A stretch of DNA of 64,000 nucleotides from positions 6,634,001 to 6,698,000 of the forward strand of contig JANJGN010000034.1 in assembly GCA_026770705.1 (NCBI GenBank), written 5' to 3'. Numbering within the stretch: position 1 is the first letter of the stretch; the number at the start of each line of letters is the position of its first letter. Under the pieces are notes generated by a model. It was not told where the DNA came from. It saw only the letters and a list, made by a program, of their open reading frames with translations, and did not search any database. Below, piece by piece: positions 24,310-38,300 of the stretch. The stretch is from Isurus oxyrinchus. Taxonomy: Eukaryota. Position numbers and translations under genes: made by a program.

Positions 24310-24950
24310 TGCAAGCTAAACAAAAAAGTTTACAGCGCAAAAAGAGGCCACGTATCACATCATGTCTGCGCTGACCAAAAAAGGAGCTACCCAGTTAACC
24401 CAGTTCTAGCATTTCGCACGCAACCCTTCAATTTAAAGCACTTGAGATGCATTTCCAGGCAGCTTTGACATGCGCTTAGATTCGCTGCCTCTGCTCTCCA
24501 TTCAGACAGTGATTTCCAGGCGCCTACAGCCTTCTGCATGAAATAGTCCTCATTTCTCTCTCATCTTTCTACTAAACGTTTTAAGTCACTGTGCCTTAAT
24601 CACGGAACACCCTGATGAATTTTAAAAAATGATTATATTTCACCTGATATTTCACCCCTCTCCTTGGATTCACCTAGTTCTGTTGAAGGGTCATGAGGAA
24701 TCGAAAGGTCAACTCTTTCTTCTCTGCCGATGCTGCCTGACCTGCTGAGTTTTTCCAGGTAATTATGTTTTTGTTTTTTAAAAAAATGTGCCTCTCGTTT
24801 ACTCTATCGAGTCCCCTCAGAACTTTGTTTATCAAAGTCGAATCTCCCCTCAGCCTTCTCTTTTCCAAGGGGAATAACCCAAGCCTACCTAATGTTCCCT
24901 CATAGCTGTATTCTTCCAGTCTTGGCAATATCCTCGTAAATTGCCCATGC
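24310..24950 (-). mobile_element. CR1 3' fragment interrupted by a short Penelope terminus (~24640-24780, +)
   Basis: Minus-strand translation FTRILPRLEEYSYEGTLGRLGLFPLEKRRLRGD is the CR1 ORF2 C-terminus. The insert repeats the ctgttgaagggtcatgagga..gatgctgcc..acctgctgagtttttccagg terminus. Confidence 0.75.
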
Positions 24951-25384
24951 AAAATATTTCATGCAATTGCAAATGCACTTTTTAAAACATTTCAGAGCTC
25001 TTATTTGTTCTGTCATTAACACTTAGCGTGCGGCAATGCCATGGGACCGTTAATCCTCTGCAGTTAATATTTGAAGAGATCAGCATAGCTCAATTTAAGG
25101 GTTAGGTAGATAAACAATTGTAGGATGATGGATCGGTAGCGTCGCCTGATAGGAGGTAGTGGGCGTGGATTCATGTATAAAGAAATCATCAAAAAATCAT
25201 TTGGGCCATTAATAGCATCTTAATGAGCTCTGAAAAAGAAAACAAGAGCCGAAATGATAAATTCAATACAGAATGAACTTCCCGGAACGTGAGCCGTTGT
25301 GCAGCCATTTATTAGGTAAAATTACACTTGGATTTAAACTGTCCAAATGTTTGTCCAACATTCAATGGTGTGCTTATTTCTCAG

Positions 25385-25411
25385 GGCGAAAACTGAAGGA
25401 CTGTCAAAAGG
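25385..25411 (+). CDS. Microexon, class B (27 nt): (R)RKLKDCQK
   Basis: tatttctcag|..AAGG|gtaaat; phase 1-1. Confidence 0.8.
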
Positions 25412-26298
25412 GTAAATCAGGACGAACGATGCCGTGTTTTAACTATTTGAAAGTCCATAGATTTGATGGCTGCTTCCATATGGACTTTTCACGCATTTTT
25501 ACTTCATGCAGAACTGCGAGGAAACACCAAGAGCGACAGTAAGTCACACGTTTCAACCGCATTACATATAGTAAATAGGAAGCGGGAGGGTCTACTACAT
25601 TCACAGAAATGGTGACCGTTCAAAATTTTAAATGCGTGGACATTCGGAAGAAATTTGAGATTTGAGGGGAAGAAAGTCTTTTTAACTCCCGCGGAAAATT
25701 CGTGGAGCACTGTGTAAAAACTGACAGCAATCTGATTCTGGGATTGAATATCAGGTGTGGAAGTTCGATCTCATACGCCTCTCTGGCTTTACCATAATGG
25801 AAGTCGTTTTTTTTTTTATTTTCCATACAACGCTCGGTTGTGCAGAATAGGAATACCAGGAAAGAAATGCCAACAGATTATATACAGGAATTGCAATGTG
25901 GGTGGGTATTTCTTTTTTTAACAGTGGATAATTGAGGCAGAGCAATTTGGACATTGTTTCCCCAAGCATGTGAACGAATCAGAGCATAGACGATGTCGCA
26001 ATTCTGACGATAATGGTCCCTTCAGCAGTCTTGTGTCCCTGCTGAGAGTCAGTTCCGTTAACGGTATATTCGGTGAATCTAATTCCTCTGCCGTGAAACG
26101 TGTCATCTAGAGTCCACGCTTATGCCTGTGAAGTTGAAACAGTGGATGGGTTATTAAAATAATACTCTACAAAGCGGCTTTTAGGTTTAATATTTAAAAG
26201 GATCAGCAACATTCGACCACGACGCGAATGACTGAGTGGACAAAAAGTAAGTCCATAGCGATTTTTTGATTGGAGTATTATTCTTTCTTCTATTATAG

Positions 26299-26325
26299 AT
26301 TGGAAGCTTTTAGAAGGGGAAATAG
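26299..26325 (+). CDS. Microexon, class D (27 nt): DWKLLEGEI
   Basis: ttctttcttctattatag|..ATAG|gtacaa; phase 1-1. Confidence 0.8.
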
Positions 26326-27619
26326 GTACAAATGCATTGATAACCAAATCTTTGGAAATATTTTGATCCGTTCTGCATTGCCTGATGAAATGTAATCTAC
26401 TTGACCATTTCTGAAAACATGTACTGACCTCAGAACAGCGCAGCGTAGAATTAGAAGAACAATAAAGGATCTAAAACGGTTTAAACTATCAGGAAAACTT
26501 CGATAGGCCACGACTGTACTACTTTTTGTATGAAGGTGAAGGAAATATATCATCTTTATTATGAATAGATAGATTTAGGATAGAGTGAAAAAATGTTCTC
26601 TGCCGGTAGAGTCAAGACATAAAATGATATAACAGTAGCATTAAAAATACGGAAATCTGGTATAGTGTAAAGAGCAGTATGCATTTTTTCACACAAGAGA
26701 ACATTGAAATCTAAAACCATTGTCTCAAAAGGCTGTTATGATGCCTCCGTTGTATACATTTTTTTGTTGAACTTATATTGGCAGAGCTTTCTTGTTCCAG
26801 AGTGTTTTTGGGAACGGAGCCACAATGGGCAGATGGAAGTAGGATAGAAATTAGTCATGACCAGAGCCACTAGTGTAACAGGTACACAGTTACCAGCATT
26901 TCGGAAGACCGATAACTGTTTGGAAAATGCAACTGATATTGCTCCTTGGCAAAAATGGTAAGCTTCCATTTAAGCTAATCGACCCAAGACTTTTTTTACA
27001 AGATTTTGATCACTTGATTTGAACATTGAAGAAGATAATAACCCAGCTGAAAGAAATATGTCTGTTGAACGTGCAGTTATTAAATTATATTTTCGATAGG
27101 GGGCAATGTTATCACGGCGACAATGTTTTAGTCTACCATGCAGCGAGATTAAATTTCGACACACACAGAATTGATCGGTAACTTGATCTATGTTTCACAT
27201 TATTAAGCCACTATTAAATAAAAGTCGCGAAAGTTTTAGAGACGACTTCGTGAAAGTACAGGGGTAGACAGCACTTCGTCCATATTTGCAGCTTTCGTGA
27301 ATGTATTTTACTTTGATCTTCGTTGCACTATTGATGCACCATTGAGCTGAAATTGTTGCAATTGCTCTTTCTTAAATATTCAAAAAATGACGAAGTGCAT
27401 ACGGTCAACAATGATGCCAATAGACCAATTGTGTGTTTTGGTGTTAAGCAAGAAGCAGATGGAAGAACAATTCTATAGCCCACCTGACAATGTCAAAACA
27501 TTATTTGTCACTGCCATACTGCAATGCAGGTAAATTCAATCCCATCGCAGCCTCGAACTTATGTGTTCAGAATGAACATTTCACTGCTCATCACAGTCGT
27601 GGTGTGAGTAATACCGAAA

Positions 27620-28030
27620 TGAATGCAGGCCACACTCTGGAGAGGTGAGCATAATATTTTAGAACTTTGCTTCTGGTATGGTCGGAGTGGAAACCTGCCA
27701 GGGAGCGTGCCTTTCAGATGAGATGATAAGCCAAAGCTCCGTTTGCTGTCGTATCAGGAGAATGTGTTGTGCCACAATTTGACAGACGGCAGAACAGTAC
27801 AGTTCAGTCCGGATTCCGAGAACAAAAATTAACATAATCTATCATCACAGAAAAAGATTTTTCTGCCGTTAGTGAATTGATCTTTCTGGATTTTTTGTGT
27901 TCAAAAATTGGCTGCCGCCCACTTCCTACAACACAACATTGTTTTCACCTCAAAACTAAACGATCCATTGTAAAATGAGTTTCGCCCCCTGAGATCGTGA
28001 AAGCTACAATATCAACCGAGAAATACATTT
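27620..28030 (+). mobile_element. Degenerate Deu-domain (SacSINE1-like) SINE with L2-type tail
   Basis: ccacactctggagaggtgagc..gcctttcagatgagatgataa..aaattggctgccgc..ttcctaca..tgtaaa..cctgagatcgtgaaag resembles that family (recognised from memory). Confidence 0.55.
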
Positions 28031-28262
28031 TGACCTGTTACTAATTACCAAATTACACCTTGAAGGCATTTCCAGTCTCATCTCCCATATTTTCATCTAA
28101 ACTTTAAACGAGCTATTTTACGGACAAAGGCATTTTATGAAAGGCTCGTGCTGTCCAAAATTAAGCTTTGGAATTTTAAAAGATGGAATATTGCTTTTGG
28201 CCAGAAACGCTATATACAGGGCAGATTGAATATGTTGTATTAACTTTGGTTTTGATTTTCAG

Positions 28263-28298
28263 AATTGGAAAATGTGAAAAGGAAGCTGAATAATACAG
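28263..28298 (+). CDS. Microexon, class A (36 nt): ELENVKRKLNNT
   Basis: ttgattttcag|..ACAG|gtaaag; phase 1-1. Confidence 0.85.
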
Positions 28299-28329
28299 GT
28301 AAAGAAAGATATCGAATTCCCAATGGCAA

Positions 28330-31000
28330 TTTAGGATACATGGCACAGGTGAGGAAATGGTGTAGTGGTATTGTGGCTGAACTTTGAATACAATTGCGAT
28401 GGCTACCACTGCACTAGGTGTCTTCAATGTTGATATCGAACTGGAAAACATGAAGTTTCAAGGTATCATGTCAAACATCGGCAAGGAAATTGCCTGCTGA
28501 TTATCAAGAACAGCCAAACCACAGCTGATGAGTCACTGCTCCTCCGTGCTGAACGTCATTTGCAGGGCATGCTTAGGGCTGGTAGGGCACAGAATGCACT
28601 CCGTGTGGGTGACTTGATGTCCATCAGAAAGAGTGGCCCGGTATAATTTGACAAGTTTTAAAGGGCATTGATGATAGACGGAGTCTCAAGCAGCTGGTGA
28701 TGGAAGCAACAAAACGTAAAACATAATTTGCTGCATCCTCAAATGTATGCCTCTCTATGAGGATGCCAGTATCAGTGAGCACCGCAGAGCTCTTGTGGAC
28801 ATCAAACACTGTCCACAAATTAAAATTACACCCCATCATGTTGTGTGGAACCACCGCTGTGCTAAATGAGATAGACTTCAGACAGATCAAGAAACTCGAG
28901 TCTGGACAAACACAGGGCATTGTAAGACATCAGCAGCAGCAGAATGCACTCAACCTCAATTTGCATATCCACCATTCTAACGTTGCAGTCAACCCGAGGG
29001 ATCAACGCTGATTCAATGAAAACTGCAGCAGGGTAAGCGACGAGAAGCACCAGACATATGTAAAATTCAGGTTCAATGTGGAAAAGATACAAAGCAGGAC
29101 CGCTTGCTTGCCCAACAGCATAAGGAGCAAGTGATAGAAAGAACTAAGCGATTCCATGCCAACAGATCATATCTAAGCTCTGCGGTCCTGCCACTTCCAG
29201 CCATGTCTATTGGGGGTCAATTAAAGAAGACATTTGAAGCGGAAGCTCCACAGATATTCCCAACCTCAAAGAAGGAGTAGCCCTGCAAATCAATGGACCA
29301 GATAAGGCAGAATTACTTGCTACAATTTTCAGCCAGAATTGCTTATTTGATTATCCATCTCAGTCTCCATTAAATGTCTCTTGCATCACAGATGCCAGTC
29401 CCAGCCAATTCGATTCAATTGACATGATATCAAGAAACGGTTGAAGGCACTGGATAGTGCAAAGGCAGTGGGGTCTGCCGATATTCCAGTAAGAATACAA
29501 AAATGTTGCACTCCAGAGCTTGCCATTCCCCTAGAGAAGCTGTTCCAGGACAGCTACAACATTGGCATGCTGTCAACAATGTGAAAAATTGCACATGTGT
29601 GTTCTGTAAATAAAAAAGGATAAATCCAACGAAGCAAAGTATTGCCTGATTAGTCCACTTTCATTCATCAACAAACTGATGGAGGGAGGCGTCAACAGTG
29701 CTATCAAGCAGGAACTTGCTTTGGTTCCAAGTGGCCACTCAGCTATTAAACTCATTACAAGCTTGGCTCAAATATGCACAAAATATCTGAGCTCCCGAGG
29801 TGAGGTAAGAATGACTGCTCTGGGATGCAAGGCCACATTTGACCGAGTGTGAGATTAAAGAGCCCCAGCAAAACTGAAGTCAATGGGAATTGGGAAAAAG
29901 CACTACCCTGTGGTTAGAGTCATAACTAGCAGAAAGAAAAATGGTGGTGGTTGTTGGAGGTCAGTCATTTCAGCTCCAGGACATAAGTGCAGAAGTTCCT
30001 CAGGATAGTGTCCTCCTCCCATATACCTTCAGCTGCATCATCAAAGACGTTTCTTCCATCATAACGTCAGAAGTGGAGGGTGTTCCCTGATGATTGCACA
30101 TTGTTCAGCACCATTGCGATTCCTCAGATACTGAAGCAATCCATGTCAAAATGTAACATTTTCTGGACACATCCACGCTTGGGCTGACAAGCAAAGCGTA
30201 ACATTTGCTCAACACAGGTGCCAGGCAAATACCATCTCCAACAAGAGGGAATCTAACGATCTCCCCTTGATATTCAATGTCATTAACATGCCTGAGTCTC
30301 CGACAATCAATATCCTGGTCTTCACCATTGAACAGAAACTGAACTGGACGAAATATTGTCTCGAATAGGCACAAATGAATATTGTAGCTACAAGAGCAGG
30401 TCAGAGGCTTGGAATCCTGCGGTGAGTTACTCCCTGCCTTACTCCCCAATCCCTGCTCACAATCCATAAGGCACAAGTCAGAAGTGTGATGAAATACTCC
30501 CCTCTTGCCTGGACGAGTCCGGCTCCAACTCAAGGGGCTTGACACTATCCATGTAAAAGTAACCTGCTTAATTGGCGCCCTAGCTACAAACCTTCAGTCC
30601 CTCCACCACCAAAGTGCATTGGCGTCGGTGTGTACCATCTGCACGATGCACTGAAGAAATTCAGGAAGGCTCCTTAGATAGCATCTTCCAAACAGATTAC
30701 CACTACCATCTAGAAGGACGACTGTAGCAGTTAGATGGGAAGACCACTATTGGTGGTTCCCCACCAAGCCACTCACCATTCTGACCTGGAAATTTGTTGT
30801 TGTTCATTCACTTATCTCTCGTTCAAAATCCTAGAATTCTCTCTCTAACAGCACTGTGGTGTAACTACAGGAAATGGACTCTAGCGCTTCAAGAGGGCAC
30901 CTCACCACCACATTCTCAATGGCAATTACGGATGGGAAATTAATTGATTAATGTGCCTATCCACTGAAGGCAACATCATTGGAATGAATAAATAAAAGAA
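28330..31000 (+). mobile_element. Long degenerate HER1/CR1-type LINE (ORF2 endonuclease-RT remnants plus 3' tail)
   Basis: Frameshifted ORF2 motifs (gtgggtgactt..catcag; ggccacatttgaccgagtgtg; gttcctcaggatagtgtc; gatgattgcaca) and the 3' tail ending atgaataaataaaa. Confidence 0.85.
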
Positions 31001-31596
31001 TGCCTTTGTGTCCATATTAAACTTGGGTGTTTGACCCCAGCGAGTCTTAGATGCCTCTCTGATTTCTTTCTTACATTTGTCAAAATGATACAAGTACTGA
31101 CATGTTAAAAGAGAACAGATTTCATAATTGAGAATTTTTTTTTAATATAGAAGAGTGTGCGATGTTTTGGTTAAGCTATTCCAGTTGGTTTAAGAAAAAC
31201 TTATATATATAGACACGGATTAGCATCAAAGAGTTAAGAAACAGGGCAGCCGCTTCGGATCATCATGTTCAAATTGAGGTTCGGCTGTTCATGAACGGTG
31301 CCAATATGCAATTACTTGCACCTATGGCAGCTGTAATATGTAATTAAATCTCCAGCTGACGGCTCCCTTTCCAACCACTCCTCCACCAATCCCATGCCCT
31401 ACAAAATTAAATAAGGTTGAGGAAATTTCACAAATTGTGAACCATACATTTTGCTTATCCATTGGTGTTATTTAACAGATGTATTTTATCGCTTGGCAGA
31501 TTGTTTGTAACATCATTACTTGCATGAACCAACAGCGCCGAAAAACCTGTTTTATTTTCTGATATGAATTACATGCCTTTTGTTTTTCTTATACAG

Positions 31597-31623
31597 AAGA
31601 CAGGTTACGACAATGTGAAGAAG
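31597..31623 (+). CDS. Microexon, class B (27 nt): EDRLRQCEE
   Basis: tttttcttatacag|..GAAG|gtagta; phase 1-1. Confidence 0.8.
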
Positions 31624-31718
31624 GTAGTATATGACAAAAATAATAGATTTCCGGTTTGATTTTTAAAATTTAACATTGAATTTTCTTCCTGTTGACCAAT
31701 TATCATTTTTTTTCTTAG

Positions 31719-31745
31719 AGTTGCATAGAAAGTGCAAAACTGATG
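31719..31745 (+). CDS. Microexon, class C (27 nt): ELHRKCKTD
   Basis: tttttttcttag|..GATG|gtgagt; 95-nt intron from the previous exon. Confidence 0.85.
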
Positions 31746-31989
31746 GTGAGTGGGCCAAATAAATAAAGCTTGCTTAGCTGCTTTGGAATATGGAATTTTA
31801 CCAAACGAAGTCTGTTATGATTTGTGCAAATATTGCACCCTTTATTTTACATTGCTTTTAGCATCAAATCCTGTTATCGATTGTAGAAATCTTCAAACCC
31901 TGCCCTTTGAAGATGGGGGGCGATGGGCTGAAAGAAGGAAATGTCTTGGCCATTTTGATTTTCACTGAAGAACGTGTAGGATAGCATGT

Positions 31990-32650
31990 TAAGAGTTCAA
32001 CAATCAATGTTGTTACCTGATGCTAACAGCAGTGTGAAATAAGTTGCACAATTCTTAAGGGGGTGCTTGAGCAGAAGGACCTGGGTGTAAATGTGGATAG
32101 GTCATTGAAGGCAGCATGACAGATGTAGAGAGCAGATGATAATGCATACAGGATCCCGTGCTTCTTGAATAGGGTCATAGAGCGCAAGTGCAGGGAGATA
32201 ATGAGGCGTGTTTTCCTAAAACGCTACTTATACCTCAGCTGGCTTATTGTATACAGCTCTGGGCGCCATCTACAGGAAGGCTGTGAATGCATTGGAGAAG
32301 ATTTTTAACAAGAATGGTCCAGGAATGAGAAGCTACTGATATTGAATTTGATTGAAGAGGTTGCCACTGTTCGCCTTGGAGAGGAGAAAGCTAAGGGGAA
32401 GATTAATAGAGGTGATCAAAATCATAAAGAGACTGGATGGAGTAGTTATGTAGAAACTGTTCCCGATAGTAAACGGAATGAAAGGGCACAGATTAAAGTG
32501 ATTTGTAATAGAAGTAAACGTGATGTGAAAAAAAGTAACTTGTTCACACAGCAACTAGTTCAATTCAGGAATTCAGTGCCTGAATGTGTGCTGGAAAAGC
32601 TGAAATAAGTCGCTGTCAAAGAGTGAATTTTCTGGAGCATTGCAAAAGAA
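31990..32650 (+). mobile_element. CR1 LINE 3' region fragment
   Basis: gagcagaaggacctgggtgta..atagagcgcaagtgcaggga..cagctctgggcgccatc..ttggagaggagaaagctaagggg. Confidence 0.75.
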
Positions 32651-33169
32651 AGGCGAAATTTGGCGATGCAGTGCCATTTGGGGAAGGAGTTACAAATATG
32701 GAAAGCCCGGTCGGCAATGCTGATGGCATAATGATCAAGGATGCAGAAGTGGCCAGAATTCGAGGTGTCCAGAGATCTTTAAGCTATTTCGGCCTAAAAG
32801 AGATCATAAAAGGTGCCAATCCCGACTCTGTGAAGGGATTTCAAAACAAACGTGAGTGTTTCAAATAATCTCCTAACTAAAACAGAAACAAATGCCATGG
32901 AATCATGGCTGCTGCGTGTAGAGAAATGGTTGCGAGTTAAGATGCAGGAACTTCTTTGTTTTTGACGAGTTTCAGTTTATCGGGCAATGTGGAATAATTG
33001 AATATTTGCATCCCAATGAAGCCACGGCTACAGTAGTAGCAGAAAAATCCGGAGCCAGTCTTTCAGAAGGCAGCGGTCTGAGTGATGTTACAGCTCTGCG
33101 CTCAACAACATATTTCCAAGTGAAATATAACATTGCACTTGTAAAGATTCGTAGCGAGCCTCAGATTAT

Positions 33170-33530
33170 CAAATTATAGATCTTGAGGGATATTGACAGC
33201 ATCATTATCGAGAAGTTGTACCCTCTGAAATAGAATCGAGAATATGTGGCCACTGTTTAAAAATAAGCTGTCTCACAAATAAAACAGACATCAGGTGTTG
33301 TGCTTTTTTTTCCTCTCAGAGAGTAGAGAGTTTTTAGAACTCTTCCTGAAAAGGCAGTATAGGCAGAGTATTTGAATGCATTTAAGCAGAAGTGGAATGA
33401 GTATTGTTAAACAAGGGTTTAATGGTTGTCAGGGGTAGGCGGATTTCTCTAATCAGACGAATCATGAACTTACTGAATGGCGGAGAATGGTCAAGGGCCG
33501 AAAGACCTAGTTCTGTTCATAATTCGCGCA
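33170..33530 (+). mobile_element. CR1 LINE 3' terminal fragment
   Basis: atcttgagggatattgacag..ctctcagagagt..aaggcagt..tactgaatggcggaga..aagggccgaa. Confidence 0.65.
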
Positions 33531-34874
33531 TCTAACTTCGCAAGAAACGATTTCGTCACAGGGAGAAAAGTGCTTCAACCTTTCCAATATTTACTGCGAA
33601 TAAATTTGTGAGCAGCCAATTCTTAATTTCAGACAAACAACGCAACAGGTCTTAGGCAGGGCAGAGGGTGTGAGTGTTTGTTATGAGGTGAACCTGCGTG
33701 CCATCATTGTACATATATAATGGATTGTAGCTATCCCGTGTGAGATATCCTCAGGGAAGCATGTAAATGAAGCAAAGAGAGAGAGGGTTATTTCAGGGGA
33801 AAAGAACATCAGTAATAAAATGTATTCTCAATTATTTAATAACACTGTAACTCATGGAAGCATAAAACATGATATCATATTTTTCAAAACAAGTAAAAAG
33901 TGGCTGACACGTTATTTGAAAGAGGAAATTGGAGGTAATTCAGCCTAAGGTCAAAGATTGGGAAATTATTAGAAATCCTTATCAGGAATCGACGTAAATA
34001 AGATTCAGAAAGGCATGGAGTAATCAACATTACCAGAATTGATGAGCTAAAGGAAAACCGTGTTTGAAGGAGTATTTTGAATTGTTTACTGTGGTAACGG
34101 AAAGTAGTTTTCAAGTGGCTCAGTGTTTATTGTCAATACGGAATTTCTATGGCATTGGCACGCTAGACAGGAGACACGATAACCAGATGGAGGCACAGAG
34201 AAGTAAGATCAAAGCTGCGGTGTGAATCACAATGAGATCAGTGATAGTAAGTAGAAGATGGTCGTAGCAGATGGCTGTTTTAAAAACAAAACATGGACGT
34301 GGCTTGCAGATGCAGTTTGGGTCCAGCTGTTTGTCCATTTTTGTTTGTTTTATGACAGACATTTTCTAAGCAGTAGGGACCATTGTGCATATGTTTTTGA
34401 AAAATACAAAACTTGAAAAGCTGATCCACAATGATGAGTTATCTTATATTCTGCCACGTGAAAGCGACGTGGTAGATGGAACTCAGAGGCAGTTGTCCAG
34501 GTCTAAACACTGCTGTTTCCGGGGGGAAGCGAGGGGGGTTTGTGATCAAAATGGCTGAATGTTAACAAATCAATTGTACAGGAAATTGAATCTGATAAGC
34601 TGACCCTGCTAAGATAATAAAGAGAAATGCAGCTCGATGCGTAACAGGTTTTAGACCATTTCCTGAAGCGCATATGTCATGCTTCTTTGAAGTTCCAATA
34701 TCTGCACACACACAAGCACATACTGCAGGCGTGTTTTTTTTCTCTCTCGCTTAAGGCCCTGAATTTGCCTAATCATGTATGCATTAATACCACCTTTGAA
34801 GGCTATTTTCCAAAAGGATTCAGCACAAAACTCCAAAAATTCTAATGTATTTCACGTTCTCCTCCCTGGTAAAG

Positions 34875-34901
34875 AAGAAAGATTGCTGGAAAAAGATATA
34901 G
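34875..34901 (+). CDS. Microexon, class D (27 nt): EERLLEKDI
   Basis: ctccctggtaaag|..ATAG|gtaaag; phase 1-1. Confidence 0.8.
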   Translation, partial: KKDCWKKI

Positions 34902-35743
34902 GTAAAGCACTGACAATTTAATTTGAGATGTGGTTTGACATAATTATTTTTAATAAGCCGAATGAAGCCCTTTTTCAGTGAGAGCGATTTTGACAATGGT
35001 AAAATGATTACTTATTTATGTATTTGCTTAGGTTAATTGACTAGATGATTTGTAAATTGTTTCAATGAAGTGGAAGTTCCAGACAGCTTTTGTTCTAAGT
35101 ATTCATTGGAGGGACACCCGATATGCAATATAAATCCTGAACTGATCATTGGCTCAATAACGGTAAGTTTCAGTTCCAATCTACCATATGTGCTCTGCCA
35201 GAAGGCATATTCGTTGCTTATTGCCTACTGAAACTCAACCGTGAGACTTTTTTTTCCCTAGTTCATTATTTGCTCATGTTTTATCTTGCCAATCACTCCC
35301 AAGTGAAGGGCTACGAGGTATATGGCTCAAGTCTAACTCCGGAAAAATGCAAATTGATCGGTCACTGTTGACATGATTGTGCAGAGGACTCCACTAATTT
35401 AACCTGCCGATCTACACCCCCTCCCCTCCACCCAAGAACATATTTATGAATAAACTAATTCGTGAATTTAGAATCATGTTTCTTTGCACTGCGAGTGGTG
35501 AGGATATGGACATAACTCCAGAGGTGAAGTTGAGGACTTGTTGAGAGAGCTAAATGAAGACTGAGTTTGATTTTTATTAATGGAAGGATATAATGCCAGC
35601 TTGGCCAGAATGTTATGCAGGAGGAAGCAGATACGGACAATAAATATTCTTGGAGAGGATTGAGGTAATATTATTTGCCTAAGCTGTACATTGTCTATAT
35701 GATTATATGTAAATCCTCAAAATAATGTTTCTTTGCTTTACAG

Positions 35744-35779
35744 AGCTCGGGAAAATGAAAAAAGCCCTCAATGATGCAG
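35744..35779 (+). CDS. Microexon, class A (36 nt): ELGKMKKALNDA
   Basis: ctttgctttacag|..GCAG|gtgaag; paralog of 58075 (KAL). Confidence 0.8.
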
Positions 35780-37249
35780 GTGAAGAAGGGCATTTAAGTG
35801 CATTTTATACGAGCACGTGTCATATATTTTAGTTCCATGGTAAATGTGTGTTAATAATTGTCGAGTTGCAAGAGACTGGTCATCCATTCGCCATCTTGAC
35901 CAAAACACTTCCACTGACTGCATGATGTGAAATAAAGCATTTTGGAAGAAACGATGTGTGGATGTATATTAAATGGCGCATGTTTAAATGTGGCACAGGA
36001 GCAGAGAGAAAGTCGATGTTCAGAGAAAATATCCTTGAATGTGACAATTCATGCATAATCAGTCATAAGGCACCGAGACGTGTGAGGACACCACTGTGTC
36101 GGTGTGAGTTTTGGTGATTGGTGGGGGGATTGGGGAGTTGGTTTAATTATATGATTAGGTTTTGGATTATGGTAGATTAAAGATATAGAGAGGCAAAACC
36201 TCCTGAAAATTATACAGCTGAACTTCCTTGAAATATTTGTATTGTTGCATCTAAAAGGGAAACATATCTGGCCTGGTGCTAGGGCATTATGTTTCTCAGT
36301 ACAGCAATTTCTGTAGGTGTATTTGATAAGATGACAAAGGTATTATAAGGTTTATATGTGTCGTAGGGTAAAGTAAAGAAAAATAAAACAAAAGCAGCAT
36401 TCTGCATTGGAAGAAGGTACAGTTAAGGAGGTTCAAGGAGATCTTATCAGGGCAAAATGGAAACAGATATGAGGGTAGAAAACAGTTCCAGTCCAGTTAC
36501 TGACGAACGCCATCTGTGAAGAGCAAAACAGTCTTACACAGGTTGTGACCTATGATCAGAAATCGAAAAATGTTTTGGAAAGAGAAAAACTGGAACAGAT
36601 GAATGGATGATAGTTATAGAGTAAATTACATCGGTCCTGGCAAGACGGATGCTAAAATGTTGTAACGATCGAACAATAAAATGTAAGGCTCCATGATTGA
36701 GGAAGAGATTGATTATGAATGAGATAGAGAATGCGCTGAAAAAAAATGATCATTATAACGCAAATTTTAAAACTGGAAACTGGACCAAACACAAAAATTC
36801 AAAAGTGACATTGAAGAAGGGCGAACAATGTGACGAAGAGAGAATGAAGTATAAGTTAGCAGAATTGGTAACACGGTATTTGACTACATGTAAATAGCCA
36901 ATGGTTAGTTAGAAGTGGGGAATGCCTATTAGAGAGAAATCGTTTTCGAGGGGGCGTGGGACAATGCTAGGATATTCATCCTGCCAGATGTTATGGTATT
37001 GGGAGCACTGATACACCGAACAAAAGTTGTGCTTTGCGTTAGGAACAACCGGAAGCCCAGACCAGAGCACAGGTGATGCCTTTGCCCAGGAAGGCCACAC
37101 GTCCAATAGGCTGATTTGCACTCCCCTAGACAAGGCGGGTCCGGCTCTTACATTGATGCCACTGTTAGAGACCTGTATTCGATAAATGATAAGGAGCCAG
37201 AGATTTAACATATAAGGATTGCACTGTTGTATATACACTGTATTTCAGT

Positions 37250-38300
37250 GAATAATAGTGCTGCTGAACCCAGTACACAATGCACATCCACCCACAGAAC
37301 CAAGAACCCGCACAAACCGTATCAACCTATCCTATTAACATGCCAAAACCAATTTCACCCAAATAGACATCAACTGATTCAAGCACCCTTGAATACACGT
37401 TCCTGGATGAGCCACCAAAATCATCCAGACACCTGACTGGACACCGGCCAAATATTTGTGGACTCAAACTAATATCTAACAAGCCCGACAAACTCCGTTC
37501 CTCTCCAAAGTACCCAATAGGTCAGGGATACAGGCTCGATCCATGAACATCCACCACAGAACCCGAATAACACTTCTTCCTTGACCCGAGCGGCCTCGGG
37601 TTGAGCCCAGCTGGTGTTATCCTCCAATGGTCTGAATACTTACCGGATCTGATTAACACACCACCAACCATCACCCTTCTCCACACAGCAGTATCTCACC
37701 CGACTCGGTTCCTGGAACGTCCCGATTTGAATAACAACACCTGATCATGACTTACTAGCCCCAAAAGTACTCCCTATTCTAGCCTAGACAATGACATTAC
37801 CTAACTCACCAAAGATCTCTCCCTGGCCCCTCACTCACTCAGTCACCCACTCAATCACCCATTCAGACAACCGCATAAATAGATATTCCTCCTACCACCG
37901 ATTCAACCACCAGACAGGACATGGCTAGCTGCCCCTGGAACGCCTGGAATAAACCCCGAACCATATGTGGACAACCCCGACGTGTCCCGAATGTCCTTCC
38001 CACCCCGCATCACCTGATTGTCTTTTGACTCTATCCAAAAGTATTCCCCTCAACCAACACGATTTGCGACCTTACCCATAGCCAGCTACCATTGTCCGGA
38101 CTGTATCTGCAATGACTGGCCCTCTTTTGCTCCGCTCCAACCACTCAATTACTGACCCACCAGATTACCTACCAAGTCACTCTCACTCGTATTCACTCAC
38201 GCAGAAACACAGCGACTTATTCACCCACAGAGATTAGCCCCATCCATTCACTCACTCACCGAATCAATCACCCATTCACTAACCCAGTGACCCAATGAAA
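37250..38300. repeat. C/A-rich, G-poor low-complexity region with decayed (TCAC)n tracts
   Basis: Recurrent cactcactca / acccga / cacctga motifs and a marked C-over-G strand skew, visible by eye. Confidence 0.6.
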
